25,282 nt of DNA from a virus, in the IMG/VR virus record IMGVR_UViG_3300025587_000227, positions 1 to 25,282 of that record; one strand, given 5' to 3'. This document shows positions 1 through 8,823 of this stretch, one piece after another. Position numbers and translations under genes: made by a program. The notes under the pieces are model-generated. The model was given only the letters and a program-made list of their open reading frames with translations, was not told the origin of the DNA and searched no databases. Numbering within the stretch: position 1 is the stretch's first letter; every line of letters begins with the position of its first letter.

Positions 1-933
1 TCACTTGTCATAAACAGGACCCACTATCCCCCAACCAAGATGTTGGATACCCCTACTACAGCAGGGGGCCCCCAAGGGCCGGCCCGTCTTGGTGGCGCTG
101 ACATAGTCCCAGACTGTCCACCGTTCAGGGGGGAGACTGACGCTGGCCAATTCCTTCCCCGCGACGCGGAGGAAGTAATGCCCATACCACTTGTTGTCGT
201 TACATTTAACTTTAACGTGTTCTATGCGGACTGAATAGCCGAGTCCCTCGATAACTGGCTTGAAAAGTTGACAGGCGTCGGTGCAATTGATCCCATCAGT
301 CACCATCTTTTTAAGGGCTTCCCTGTTTGGTGTTTGGTCATTATAGTAGAATTTGTACTTACATCTCCTTGAGACGAGAGTGTAAAGCTGTGTGGCTGTT
401 TTGAATTCACCGAGAACCCTGCGCATCTCCCTGACCTCCTCAGGCACGGGTGGTTCAGGGGGAGTCACGTATACTATCCTTGGCTCCCTTCGGTTTTCTT
501 CAAGGAACTGATTATATCTCTTGCACATGTCTTTGAAGGTTTCTAACGATACGCTTGGGCCCCCACCTGAGTCGATGAACACTACCCTGGGTTCTCTCCC
601 ATTAACCTCCTTGAAGCGGTTGTACCTGCTTAACATGTCTTTAAATTGGGTTATGGATACATACTCTGGAGTGTTCTCATTAACCTCAGGCACGGGTGGT
701 TCAGGGGGAGTCACGTATACTATCCTTGGCTCCCTTCGGTTTTCTTCAAGGAACTGATTATATCTCTTGCACATGTCTTTGAAGGTTTCTAACGATACGC
801 TTGGGCCCCCACCTGAGTCGATGAACACTACCCTGGGTTCTCTCCCATTAACCTCCTTGAAGCGGTTGTACCTGCTTAACATGTCTTTAAATTGGGTTAT
901 GGATACATACTCTGGAGTGTTCTTATTAATCAT
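1..933 (-). CDS. peiP: Pseudomurein endoisopeptidase (endolysin): 4 pseudomurein-binding repeats plus transglutaminase-like Cys protease domain, 310 aa
   Basis: PMB repeats (FKDM..RY..F...N.REPR); triad motifs GINCTDACQ (Cys), WYGHY (His), VWDYVS (Asp). Start placed at ATG 933 after RBS GGAGGTGG rather than TTG 945. Confidence 0.95.
   Translation of the reverse strand: MINKNTPEYVSITQFKDMLSRYNRFKEVNGREPRVVFIDSGGGPSVSLETFKDMCKRYNQFLEENRREPRIVYVTPPEPPVPEVNENTPEYVSITQFKDMLSRYNRFKEVNGREPRVVFIDSGGGPSVSLETFKDMCKRYNQFLEENRREPRIVYVTPPEPPVPEEVREMRRVLGEFKTATQLYTLVSRRCKYKFYYNDQTPNREALKKMVTDGINCTDACQLFKPVIEGLGYSVRIEHVKVKCNDNKWYGHYFLRVAGKELASVSLPPERWTVWDYVSATKTGRPLGAPCCSRGIQHLGWGIVGPVYDK
438..929. repeat. 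Tandem 246-bp duplication in pei (438-683 and 684-929)
   Basis: Copies read identical except 678 (C) vs 924 (T); each encodes 82 aa = two PMB repeats. Confidence 0.95.
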
Positions 934-1094
934 GTCCACCTCCAAAAATTAGATTCATTAAACTCATCATTAATTTCAGTAATCACCCCTGACCCTGCGA
1001 AGTCCTCATCTCCAGTGTATTCATTCAGGAAATGGGTCAGAGAAAGTTGCCCATCACCATCCTCTGGGATCATAACCCTAAATTCACCAGCCAT
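930..1094 (-). CDS. Small acidic protein, 54 aa (MAGEFRVMIPEDGDGQLSLTHFLNEYTGDEDFAGSGVITEINDEFNESNFWRWT); not in the ORF track
   Basis: Fills the 934-1083 gap; GGTGG RBS; ATGA overlap with the pei start and 11-nt overlap with the upstream gene. Confidence 0.6.
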   Translation of the reverse strand: MAGEFRVMIPEDGDGQLSLTHFLNEYTGDEDFAGSGVITEINDEFNESNFWRWT

Positions 1095-1734
1095 ATACCG
1101 CCACCTTCCCGGTTAAAGTCCCATCACTCGATTTAATGTGGATTGAATCAACAGTAGAGGTTAAATCGTCCCAACGGCCATTCCAAACTCCCCAACGCGT
1201 GTAATCCCCACTAGTCATCGTGTTATCATTCACAGCAAACCGCCTCACTCCAGGTTTCAAGGTGATCAATACATGCCCAACGTTCATCGCTATCTCGTTA
1301 GCTTCGTCTCCTCCGGCGAAGAATGGATACTTAAAGGGCCATACACCCTTCCTGGTATGGCTCCCGTCACTGTCAACATGGTGCATGTGGCTGGTATAGT
1401 TCGACTTGTTATCATCATTGTTAAAGAGTATTCTGAAATGGCCCTCACCAGTGGACCATGTAACCCTCACCGCGTACTCGAGTTTAAGCACGTCTAAATC
1501 GGTTGGCACCTGGAAATTAAAGGAATGAATTGGCTCCTCAAAGTTGTAAAGCTTGAGGAGGCGCCAGTGACCACTGCTGCCGCCTCCACCGGAGCCGAGG
1601 TAAGGGCCGAGGTAATCTAGAAGGGCCTCCCTACCAAGAAACTCCAAGAGGGCCTCCCTATCAACCATGTGCTGATCATCATTCCAATCCCCCGCCGTCA
1701 CCGGGCCATTAATCTTCCGATTATGCCAGATCAT
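1084..1734 (-). CDS. Putative tail fibre / receptor-binding protein
   Basis: End of the tail module; N-terminal VTAGDWNDDQH anchor, Gly linker (GSGGGGSSG), beta-rich aromatic C-domain. Confidence 0.5.
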   Translation of the reverse strand: MIWHNRKINGPVTAGDWNDDQHMVDREALLEFLGREALLDYLGPYLGSGGGGSSGHWRLLKLYNFEEPIHSFNFQVPTDLDVLKLEYAVRVTWSTGEGHFRILFNNDDNKSNYTSHMHHVDSDGSHTRKGVWPFKYPFFAGGDEANEIAMNVGHVLITLKPGVRRFAVNDNTMTSGDYTRWGVWNGRWDDLTSTVDSIHIKSSDGTLTGKVAVYGW

Positions 1735-2348
1735 AGACTATGCACCCTCCAAACCAGTTGATCCACATACCCGTTACTTGGGATGATAAGTGAAAGTGTT
1801 GGTTTGTTCACAAAGTTGGTTGATTTCACATATTTCCCCGTCACTATCCTAACCCCTGAATCACTGTACACGGTACATGCCATTGTCAGTGAGGCGCCTC
1901 GAAGGTACCCCTCCAACCTGCCCCCTATCAAGGCATTGCCTTCAGATAATGAATCAGGAAGAAGGAATAGGGGGAGGCCCGCGCCACTCGTAGCACCATA
2001 ACTTGGCCCCGAGGCAGAAAGAAGGAAATATGACCCAGAATACCTCGACTCAGTACTATCACTATCCACCCGCAGATAAACAGGAGCATCATTCGAATCC
2101 GTCCTCTTTCCCTGACATTTGAACTCAATGAGGAACTCTGAGGGGAGACTCGTATGAGTATAATTCATATTGACAGTGTACTCACCACTTATCGCCGTCT
2201 CAGACCCCGCCCCCGTCCGGGGGATCTGCAGACAATACTGGGACATGAAGACATCCATATCTTCAATGGCATGTTCATCATTCCAGTCATCACCAGTCAC
2301 CTGATGCTCCTGAGAAGCAACAGCCTTATGATACACTCTGAAAACCAA
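1731..2348 (-). CDS. Putative tail fibre / receptor-binding protein (paralogous N-terminus)
   Basis: N-terminal VTGDDWNDEH motif shared with 1084-1734; ATGA coupling; beta-rich. Confidence 0.5.
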   Translation of the reverse strand: MVFRVYHKAVASQEHQVTGDDWNDEHAIEDMDVFMSQYCLQIPRTGAGSETAISGEYTVNMNYTHTSLPSEFLIEFKCQGKRTDSNDAPVYLRVDSDSTESRYSGSYFLLSASGPSYGATSGAGLPLFLLPDSLSEGNALIGGRLEGYLRGASLTMACTVYSDSGVRIVTGKYVKSTNFVNKPTLSLIIPSNGYVDQLVWRVHSL

Positions 2349-2363
2349 ACTAACACCCCATTT

Positions 2364-3389
2364 CTATCTCCTACCAAACAAGTAATTCACAACTCCTGTG
2401 ATGATTGTTGCGGTGGTGAATCTTATATCACCATCTATAGACCCCCGTATATGTGTCCTGAGAGCTCCACCCATGAACTCGTACTCCACTTCTGTCACGA
2501 TGAACCTTCTCCGCAGGGGGTCTTCGGGGATGATTATATGATCCCCTACCTTACAATCGAAGTATCCCTCCACTACGCATTCAACTTCACTGTTGGGCCT
2601 CTTGGCCTTCTCTGATACTCTCGGGTTCTCACGGAGTGGATCTTTATCATCATTAACTTTATCAAAGAGACCCCCTGGACTAGTAGGGGAGCCATCAGAG
2701 ACTTTCTCCTCTTCTAGTGGGGGGTTGCGGCCCGCGACGGGCCCCCCACTATGACTTGGCCCGTAATCCGTATACTTCGGCCCCGCTGATGGGAGTGGTG
2801 TGGGGTTCCTGTTACCCCACTCGGGAGTCTCATACTCCGACTCATCAAATAATGGGAAGGGGACGCCCCCACCACCAGGCGGCCCAACCTTATACAATTT
2901 CACAGTTGAGACACTGAACACAGGCCCTGACCTTGCAGATGACCAGTACTTCATGATAACAGACCGATCCTTCCTCCCATAGCCCTTCGAGTCGATCACA
3001 AGTGCTTTGATCTCCGCATCCCAATCAGCATAAAAATAGCCGTAATAATACCATGCTACGGTCCAGATCCCGGCAGTAGCCGAGGGTCTGCCCCCCTGCG
3101 CCATCACAGACGCACCCTTACTCGAAACCCCGATTGGTTCGCTGAAATCAGGGACCTCAATCACCATGTAACGCCAGTCCTCCACCGGTTTAGAAGTGAA
3201 GGCGAATTTTGCAGCGGAGGCCCCTGGATCAGTGAATGGGGAGTACGCGACTGTCTTCTTCCTTGTCCACCCTAAAGCCCAACCCAGCTCGACGCTCCCA
3301 TCATCACCTTCAAGGAATTGTATAGTTGGATCCTTAATGGGGACGCGGTACCATCCCCTGTTTTCCTGAAGCCATTTATCAGACACCAC
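2364..3389 (-). CDS. Tail-tip/baseplate hub protein, C-terminal part with inserted beta domain and Pro/Gly linker
   Basis: C-terminus VEGYFDCKVGDHIII...FIVTEVEYEF...THI resembles the end of gp27/GpD-like hub proteins; GTG start directly after the upstream TAG. Confidence 0.5.
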   Translation of the reverse strand: MVSDKWLQENRGWYRVPIKDPTIQFLEGDDGSVELGWALGWTRKKTVAYSPFTDPGASAAKFAFTSKPVEDWRYMVIEVPDFSEPIGVSSKGASVMAQGGRPSATAGIWTVAWYYYGYFYADWDAEIKALVIDSKGYGRKDRSVIMKYWSSARSGPVFSVSTVKLYKVGPPGGGGVPFPLFDESEYETPEWGNRNPTPLPSAGPKYTDYGPSHSGGPVAGRNPPLEEEKVSDGSPTSPGGLFDKVNDDKDPLRENPRVSEKAKRPNSEVECVVEGYFDCKVGDHIIIPEDPLRRRFIVTEVEYEFMGGALRTHIRGSIDGDIRFTTATIITGVVNYLFGRR

Positions 3390-4088
3390 CTAATAGACCA
3401 CCCGTAAGTTTTCAAGTGACTCAACAACTTCAGTTGCGTCCTCTGTGATTTTTAATGATTTTAGGAGGTTAGGGTTGACCTCGAAACCCGCATTACCCTT
3501 GCATCCGATGTACATCATTTTCCCATGCAGAACCCAAAACAGGTCCCGACCGGTTTCCTCCATTAAGTTTTGAATCAGGTCATTCCATGTCACCGTGATT
3601 ACCTTCACATCATCTTTTGTCTCCACCATCCCATGAAATGGGTGCAACTTCATGAAGGTTTCCAGGGAGGATTTCCCTGGTTGAACCATGGTTCCATAGA
3701 GGTAACTCGCCCCTGCATTAACCCGTGACTGTGCAGGGATGCAGGAGTGGGGGTGTAATGTGATCCCACAGGACTGCAGGAACCGGAGGAGGACAACCCC
3801 CCATGAGTGAAACTCCTGCTCCTTAAAGGTGTAAGAGTATTGCATGAGGCGATTATGTATTGGTGAGGAGATCGCCCGGCAATTAGATGTCATACTACCA
3901 TAATCGAGGGTGACATGATTCACATACCCCTCAAAGATTTTCTTATCATCATCGGAGATTACACTTACAGAGTACCCCACACGCACCTCCTCATGGGTGG
4001 AGAATGTGGCCTTCGCAACAGAGTTGATCATGTGATTCACGCTTAACCCTGTCACCGGGACTTCCCGGTTGTTCACCAGGATCTTCAC
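3390..4088 (-). CDS. Tail-tip/baseplate hub protein (Tal/gp27-like), N-terminal part
   Basis: MKILVNNREV...ATF...IFEGYV pattern typical of hub N-termini; position after tape measure and Dit-like genes. Confidence 0.55.
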   Translation of the reverse strand: MKILVNNREVPVTGLSVNHMINSVAKATFSTHEEVRVGYSVSVISDDDKKIFEGYVNHVTLDYGSMTSNCRAISSPIHNRLMQYSYTFKEQEFHSWGVVLLRFLQSCGITLHPHSCIPAQSRVNAGASYLYGTMVQPGKSSLETFMKLHPFHGMVETKDDVKVITVTWNDLIQNLMEETGRDLFWVLHGKMMYIGCKGNAGFEVNPNLLKSLKITEDATEVVESLENLRVVY

Positions 4089-4870
4089 CGGATCACCCCC
4101 TTCAATAGGAAGTAATCCGTGACTATCGTGGCCTCCTCCCAGGACACATCCACAGTCAAATGTGGTGACTGTGACTTCAACCAGTCATAATTCATGATGC
4201 GGCCAGGATCCACAGGGACACTGAACCCCGTATAGATGAAGCCCATCCACCTATCCCCGGGGTTCCTCAAGTAGGCCCGTATCTTCCATTCATCCCCGGA
4301 TCCCTTCTTCAACCAGATCCAGGGGATGAACCGCTTATCCCCTGCTATACCCCCATCAAGTGTTAGTGGTTCTATGAGGATATCCTCATAGTCAAACCTG
4401 CTCTTCCGTGGGGGGTTGGGGAGGTTGAAATCGATGATCCACTCCTCATGACTGACGCGTGCTGGCACGGGTATCTCCGCACGGTAATTCACGGGGTATC
4501 CGGGGGAGGCTGTTCCTGACTTGTTAGTGGCGGTGGCCAGGATTATGAACTGGAAGGGGCCGGTGCATGGTGGCTGCAGCGTGTACTCTACCATCACCTC
4601 ATCCCCGGGTATGATCTTGTCAGGGAGGCGGGGCTCCTCAAAGGTTAGGGAGGACATCATTAGCTCATTCATCCATGACTGTTTCTCACTGAAGGAGGCG
4701 AAGGGATCCTGGGCCGGCATGATTAGGAGGTCCTCAATGACCTCATCCCCTGTGTTTTTTAGGATAGCGTAGCCCTTGATTGTGTCACCACGCCGGGCTA
4801 CTATGAACTCCTCCTCCAGGTCAACCCACCCGCGGCCGCCGAACTCTATGAACCTGAAATCCATCACCAT
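4085..4870 (-). CDS. Tail-tip protein with Ig-like (CARDB-like) segment
   Basis: GDTIKGYAILKNTGD...PGDEVMVEYTL Ig-like pattern; start moved to ATG 4870 after RBS GGAGTGA. Confidence 0.45.
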   Translation of the reverse strand: MVMDFRFIEFGGRGWVDLEEEFIVARRGDTIKGYAILKNTGDEVIEDLLIMPAQDPFASFSEKQSWMNELMMSSLTFEEPRLPDKIIPGDEVMVEYTLQPPCTGPFQFIILATATNKSGTASPGYPVNYRAEIPVPARVSHEEWIIDFNLPNPPRKSRFDYEDILIEPLTLDGGIAGDKRFIPWIWLKKGSGDEWKIRAYLRNPGDRWMGFIYTGFSVPVDPGRIMNYDWLKSQSPHLTVDVSWEEATIVTDYFLLKGVIR

Positions 4871-4874
4871 GGGA

Positions 4875-5309
4875 TCACTCCACGCCAACATGGAAATAGA
4901 AAGAGTTGAAATATGTGGGGGAGAAGTCCCCTGCCTTGAAGACCCTGCTTATATCAGAGGGTAGCTCCAGGTGGATGGTTAGGGTGTATTCTATGATCTC
5001 ATCACTGAACCTGTCCAACTGGTAGGAGGGGGGTTCGATCATCCCCTTGAATACATTCACACCGTCTGTGATGGTTAGGAGGTCACGGCTCCTATCCCCC
5101 TGCACATAGGTCCCCTTATTTAGGAGGAAATCATTGCTGACCTGGTACTTCGCCAATCCCATGAATAGTTTAACCTCATCCAGGGGGGTCTTCCCGGGCT
5201 TGGGGAGGGCCACGCATTGCAGGGTGACCTTTGGGAGGTTCACCTGCACGGATACTATCCCTGATGGTTTATGTCCCTGTATGCTCCAATTACCATAGAC
5301 TATGATCAT
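4875..5309 (-). CDS. Putative distal tail (Dit-like) protein
   Basis: First gene after the tape measure, ATGA-coupled, 144 aa, beta-rich; positional inference. Confidence 0.45.
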   Translation of the reverse strand: MIIVYGNWSIQGHKPSGIVSVQVNLPKVTLQCVALPKPGKTPLDEVKLFMGLAKYQVSNDFLLNKGTYVQGDRSRDLLTITDGVNVFKGMIEPPSYQLDRFSDEIIEYTLTIHLELPSDISRVFKAGDFSPTYFNSFYFHVGVE

Positions 5310-8300
5310 CTCACCCCCCTCACATATCCGCGGCCATACAGGTAGGGGAGGATACCTTGCCTGTTCAATTCATCACACATATTCTCCTTCACCTTGTTCG
5401 TGATCTTCCTCGTCATCGCCTCGACGTCAACATCATCCTCCACCCTGTCTATTGACACATTGGTGTTTATCTCTATGTTTATGTTCTGTGAGGTGGGGGT
5501 TCCTGTGGTTAAGTAGGAGGGTGGGAGGAAGTTTGGCTGCCCGAGGCTTGAGATTGTGTTGGGGATTGTCGCCGCCAGGCCTTCATTGAAGTGTCTCCCG
5601 AGGAGGAAACCATACTCCCTCATCGCATCATAGGTTAGGGTGGATAATGGGCCCTCCTTGGGGGGTGACGATGGGAGTAGTCGCCTGATCTTAGCGAGGA
5701 TATTGTTCAGGTTGGGGAGGGCGGACCTTATCCCCTCAGCGAGGTTGTGGATGAAGCGTGCCCCCCACGCTCTGAAACTGGATGCTATCCCACTGAAGTT
5801 AGGGAGGGGGAGGCGTGGCCATTTGAATGACTTGAACGAGGATGACACGGCACTCTTAAATTTGGACCATGCTGATTTCATAAGCCCTGCGAAGTCTGGT
5901 AGTTTGATGTTGGGAAGGTTTGGCCATCTGAATGATTTGAAGGCTGAGCGGACCCACGCCTTGAACTGCTCCCATTTACTCCGTATGCCTCCCACTATAT
6001 CAGGGACCTTAATAGGGGGTAAGCTCGGCCATTTAAAGGAGGGGATGTGACTGTACACCCACGCCTTGAACTGCTCCCATTTACTCCGTATGCCTCCCAC
6101 TATATCAGGGACCTTAATAGGGGGTAAGCTCGGCCATTTAAAGGAGGGGATGTGACTGTACACCCACGCCTTGAACTGCTCCCATTTACTCCGTATGCCT
6201 CCCACTATATCAGGGACCTTAATAGGGGGTAAGCTCGGCCATTTAAAGGAGGGGATGTGACTGTACACCCACGCCTTGAAATCACTCCACATCTGACTGA
6301 ACCCTTCTTTAAGGTATCTTGCAGGGTCCTTGAAGAAGTTCTCAACTTCACGCCTGAACGGTTCCTGGATGTACACTCTGGCATTCTCGAGGAGTGTGTT
6401 CTTCGCTTTTTCCCACTCTTCAGGTCCCATGATGGCCTTGAATATTGTTTCTGGGGAGAAGATCCTCCTTAACCATTCAGGGTAACTGTACTCTGCAACA
6501 GGACTGACGAATTTGAATGGATCCTCGAGGATGTCCCTCAAGTACTCTTTAAAGTTGTAGAGGATGTCTGCTGTTTGCAGCGCCACCCCGACGCCTTCCC
6601 CCACAGCCTTCACGAGAGTTCTCCCTATACTGGTACCGAACCTAGGAAGAATACTGCTGGCAGCATCATCAAGGTTCGTGCCGAGACGAGTGATTACCCC
6701 GTCAACATCTAGCCTATCAAAGGCTCTACCACCTTCATCCCTGAGCAGATTCTTTAATCGATCCCAGAGTTTCCGGGCCACCCCCCTCAGAGAGTCCTCC
6801 ATCTTATTCAAAAATTTCTGAACAAAATCATCCGTCTTGAGACGGGTGATAGCATCATCCAAGGCATTTTTCAATGCGTCTTTCACGGATTCAGCGAATC
6901 CTGTTAGTCTCCCCCTCCCCCTGCTAACATTCTTAAGTGAATCCTCCAGGACGTCCCATATCTTTGTACTCACTATCTTCAGGGCTTTTTTAACTAAGTC
7001 GTAGATATCCTTACCGATGACAAAGAATAGGATTTGCCCTACATACCCAGCTCCCTCCAGGAAAGTATTAATATCATCAATAAACTTGTCAAGATTCCCT
7101 TTTATCTCTGTGAGGATATCACGGTGCGCAGCGGCTGACTCACCCAGCGCCTTGTTTGTCCTCTTAGCATTCTCTTCACTCACATCCCCCAATTCATCCC
7201 ATTTATCAGCAACCTCTGCAAGAGCCGGGCCGGCCTTCTCACCGAAGATTTCAGTAGCCACTCGGGCTCTCTCCGCATCATCAGGTATGGTGCTCAAGTA
7301 TGTGAGGAATTCCTCCAGCACCTCATTGAAGCTCTTCAGGTTCCCTGATGAGTCTCTAACACTTATCCCGACTTTCTCCAGTTTCTTACCATACTCCTCC
7401 ACCACATCGGAGCCTTCCTTCCATTCACGTCCGATGTTTCCGAGTTCTCTGCCCAGCTGCCTGATAACCCTTGTCCCCCGTGGCCCTAGGCTGGCGATGA
7501 TCTTCGCTGTGGTGTCAGCTGACACCCCCGCTTGGTCCAGGTAGTACCCTGCACGGTCAACCATTCCGAGAAACTCGGTGAAGCTGGAGAACCCTGACCG
7601 TCTCCAGAGTTCTAAGAGTTTATGGGTGAGGCCCTCACTCTCCGCGACTGTGATGTTAAAGTCCCTGAAAACCCTTGCAAGGGTGAGTGTTACTGTGGAT
7701 GCATCCTCCCCACTCCTTGCGACTGCTGTGAGTGCCGCCTTATAGTATCCGATGGTGAGTGTGTAGTCACGTGTGTATGATGCGAGGGTGTACATTATCG
7801 TAGCCCCACCCTTCATCCCGAGGGTGTAGTTATAGTTCGCCTCGATCGTTTTCTCCAGTTCTTTCCTCTGCTCCCTCGTGGCGTTTGTAAGGACGGCTGT
7901 CTGATCTATGAGCTTCCCATAGTTCAGGGCTGACGTTATACCTTGGTAGCTCATGTATGCCCCTAACAATCCCATGACCTGGGATTCCAGGTCTGAGACT
8001 GCGGATGTGATGCCGGATAGCCTGTCCTCCGCTTCCTCAATACCCTCCGTGTTAACCTCAACGTTCACTTCCTGGCCGTCTGCTTCCTTGATACTATGTT
8101 TCAGTTCATCTACCCCTTCAGCCCCTTCAACTGAAACCTCCACGGTTGTGGAGTATTCTCTCTCCAGATCATCCAGTACATGGTTAAAGTCTTTGATGTC
8201 ATCCATGCCCTCCACTTCAGCGTGCACTGTGGTGGTGATGTCATTGGGGATTTCATGGATTGATTTGATGATGGATTCTATGATGGTTGTGGCGTTATCA

Positions 8301-8761
8301 TCCACTCCCACTTTTATGGTGACTTCATCTGGGAGTTCATTCAACTTTTCAAGGACTGTGTCAAGGGTTTTGGTAGCGTCATCATCTGTTGTGATCTTCA
8401 GGTGCGCTTCTTCAACTTCGTCAAGTTTCTGGTTGATCTTCTCCAGGACATCTATGACTCCATCTTCCTCTGCAGTGAGGTGAATGTTTATATCGTCAGG
8501 GATGTGGTCTAATTGGATGAGTATGTCTGTGAGGACGTCTGTGAGTTCATTCTCAGCGGAGAGGTGTACTTGTAATTCCTCAGGTAGTTCATCGAGGCTG
8601 CTGTTGATCGAGTCAAGTATGGGGGTGAGGTTGTCCCCCCCCTCCAGGTTGATCTGAACATCCCCGGGGAGATTCTGTAGGGTTTCGTTCATCTCTTGCA
8701 GTCCAGTCACGACGCTTTCAGCGTCCATCTGGACTTCAATGGCTATGCTATGGTCACTCAT
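5306..8761 (-). CDS. Tail tape measure protein, 1151 aa
   Basis: Longest ORF, helical, Trp-periodic repeats, TMP-like core (GISVRDSSGNLKSFNEVL; EIFGEKAGPAL), C-terminal PSSPPKEGPLS motif. Confidence 0.92.
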   Translation of the reverse strand: MSDHSIAIEVQMDAESVVTGLQEMNETLQNLPGDVQINLEGGDNLTPILDSINSSLDELPEELQVHLSAENELTDVLTDILIQLDHIPDDINIHLTAEEDGVIDVLEKINQKLDEVEEAHLKITTDDDATKTLDTVLEKLNELPDEVTIKVGVDDNATTIIESIIKSIHEIPNDITTTVHAEVEGMDDIKDFNHVLDDLEREYSTTVEVSVEGAEGVDELKHSIKEADGQEVNVEVNTEGIEEAEDRLSGITSAVSDLESQVMGLLGAYMSYQGITSALNYGKLIDQTAVLTNATREQRKELEKTIEANYNYTLGMKGGATIMYTLASYTRDYTLTIGYYKAALTAVARSGEDASTVTLTLARVFRDFNITVAESEGLTHKLLELWRRSGFSSFTEFLGMVDRAGYYLDQAGVSADTTAKIIASLGPRGTRVIRQLGRELGNIGREWKEGSDVVEEYGKKLEKVGISVRDSSGNLKSFNEVLEEFLTYLSTIPDDAERARVATEIFGEKAGPALAEVADKWDELGDVSEENAKRTNKALGESAAAHRDILTEIKGNLDKFIDDINTFLEGAGYVGQILFFVIGKDIYDLVKKALKIVSTKIWDVLEDSLKNVSRGRGRLTGFAESVKDALKNALDDAITRLKTDDFVQKFLNKMEDSLRGVARKLWDRLKNLLRDEGGRAFDRLDVDGVITRLGTNLDDAASSILPRFGTSIGRTLVKAVGEGVGVALQTADILYNFKEYLRDILEDPFKFVSPVAEYSYPEWLRRIFSPETIFKAIMGPEEWEKAKNTLLENARVYIQEPFRREVENFFKDPARYLKEGFSQMWSDFKAWVYSHIPSFKWPSLPPIKVPDIVGGIRSKWEQFKAWVYSHIPSFKWPSLPPIKVPDIVGGIRSKWEQFKAWVYSHIPSFKWPSLPPIKVPDIVGGIRSKWEQFKAWVRSAFKSFRWPNLPNIKLPDFAGLMKSAWSKFKSAVSSSFKSFKWPRLPLPNFSGIASSFRAWGARFIHNLAEGIRSALPNLNNILAKIRRLLPSSPPKEGPLSTLTYDAMREYGFLLGRHFNEGLAATIPNTISSLGQPNFLPPSYLTTGTPTSQNINIEINTNVSIDRVEDDVDVEAMTRKITNKVKENMCDELNRQGILPYLYGRGYVRGVR
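5952..6280. repeat. Three identical 105-bp (35-aa) tandem repeats plus 14 bp in the tape measure
   Basis: ACCCACGCCTTGAA recurs at 5952, 6057, 6162, 6267; unit FKAWVYSHIPSFKWPSLPPIKVPDIVGGIRSKWEQ; two degenerate units follow. Confidence 0.95.
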
Positions 8762-8823
8762 CTATCCCACCGACCGAAAAGAACATATACCAATATACTA
8801 ATATAATAAATCAAGGGGTGATC

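Noticed and set aside
5952-6280. Regular repeats as a possible CRISPR array or DGR template/variable repeat
   Set aside because: No unique spacers, in-frame coding units, no adenine-specific variation, no reverse transcriptase in the window.
8635-8642. C8/C7 homopolymers (8635-42, 18809-15, 21402-09) as phase-variation tracts
   Set aside because: Short, mostly RBS- or Gly-codon-derived in a genome that uses poly-G RBSs; all frames intact.
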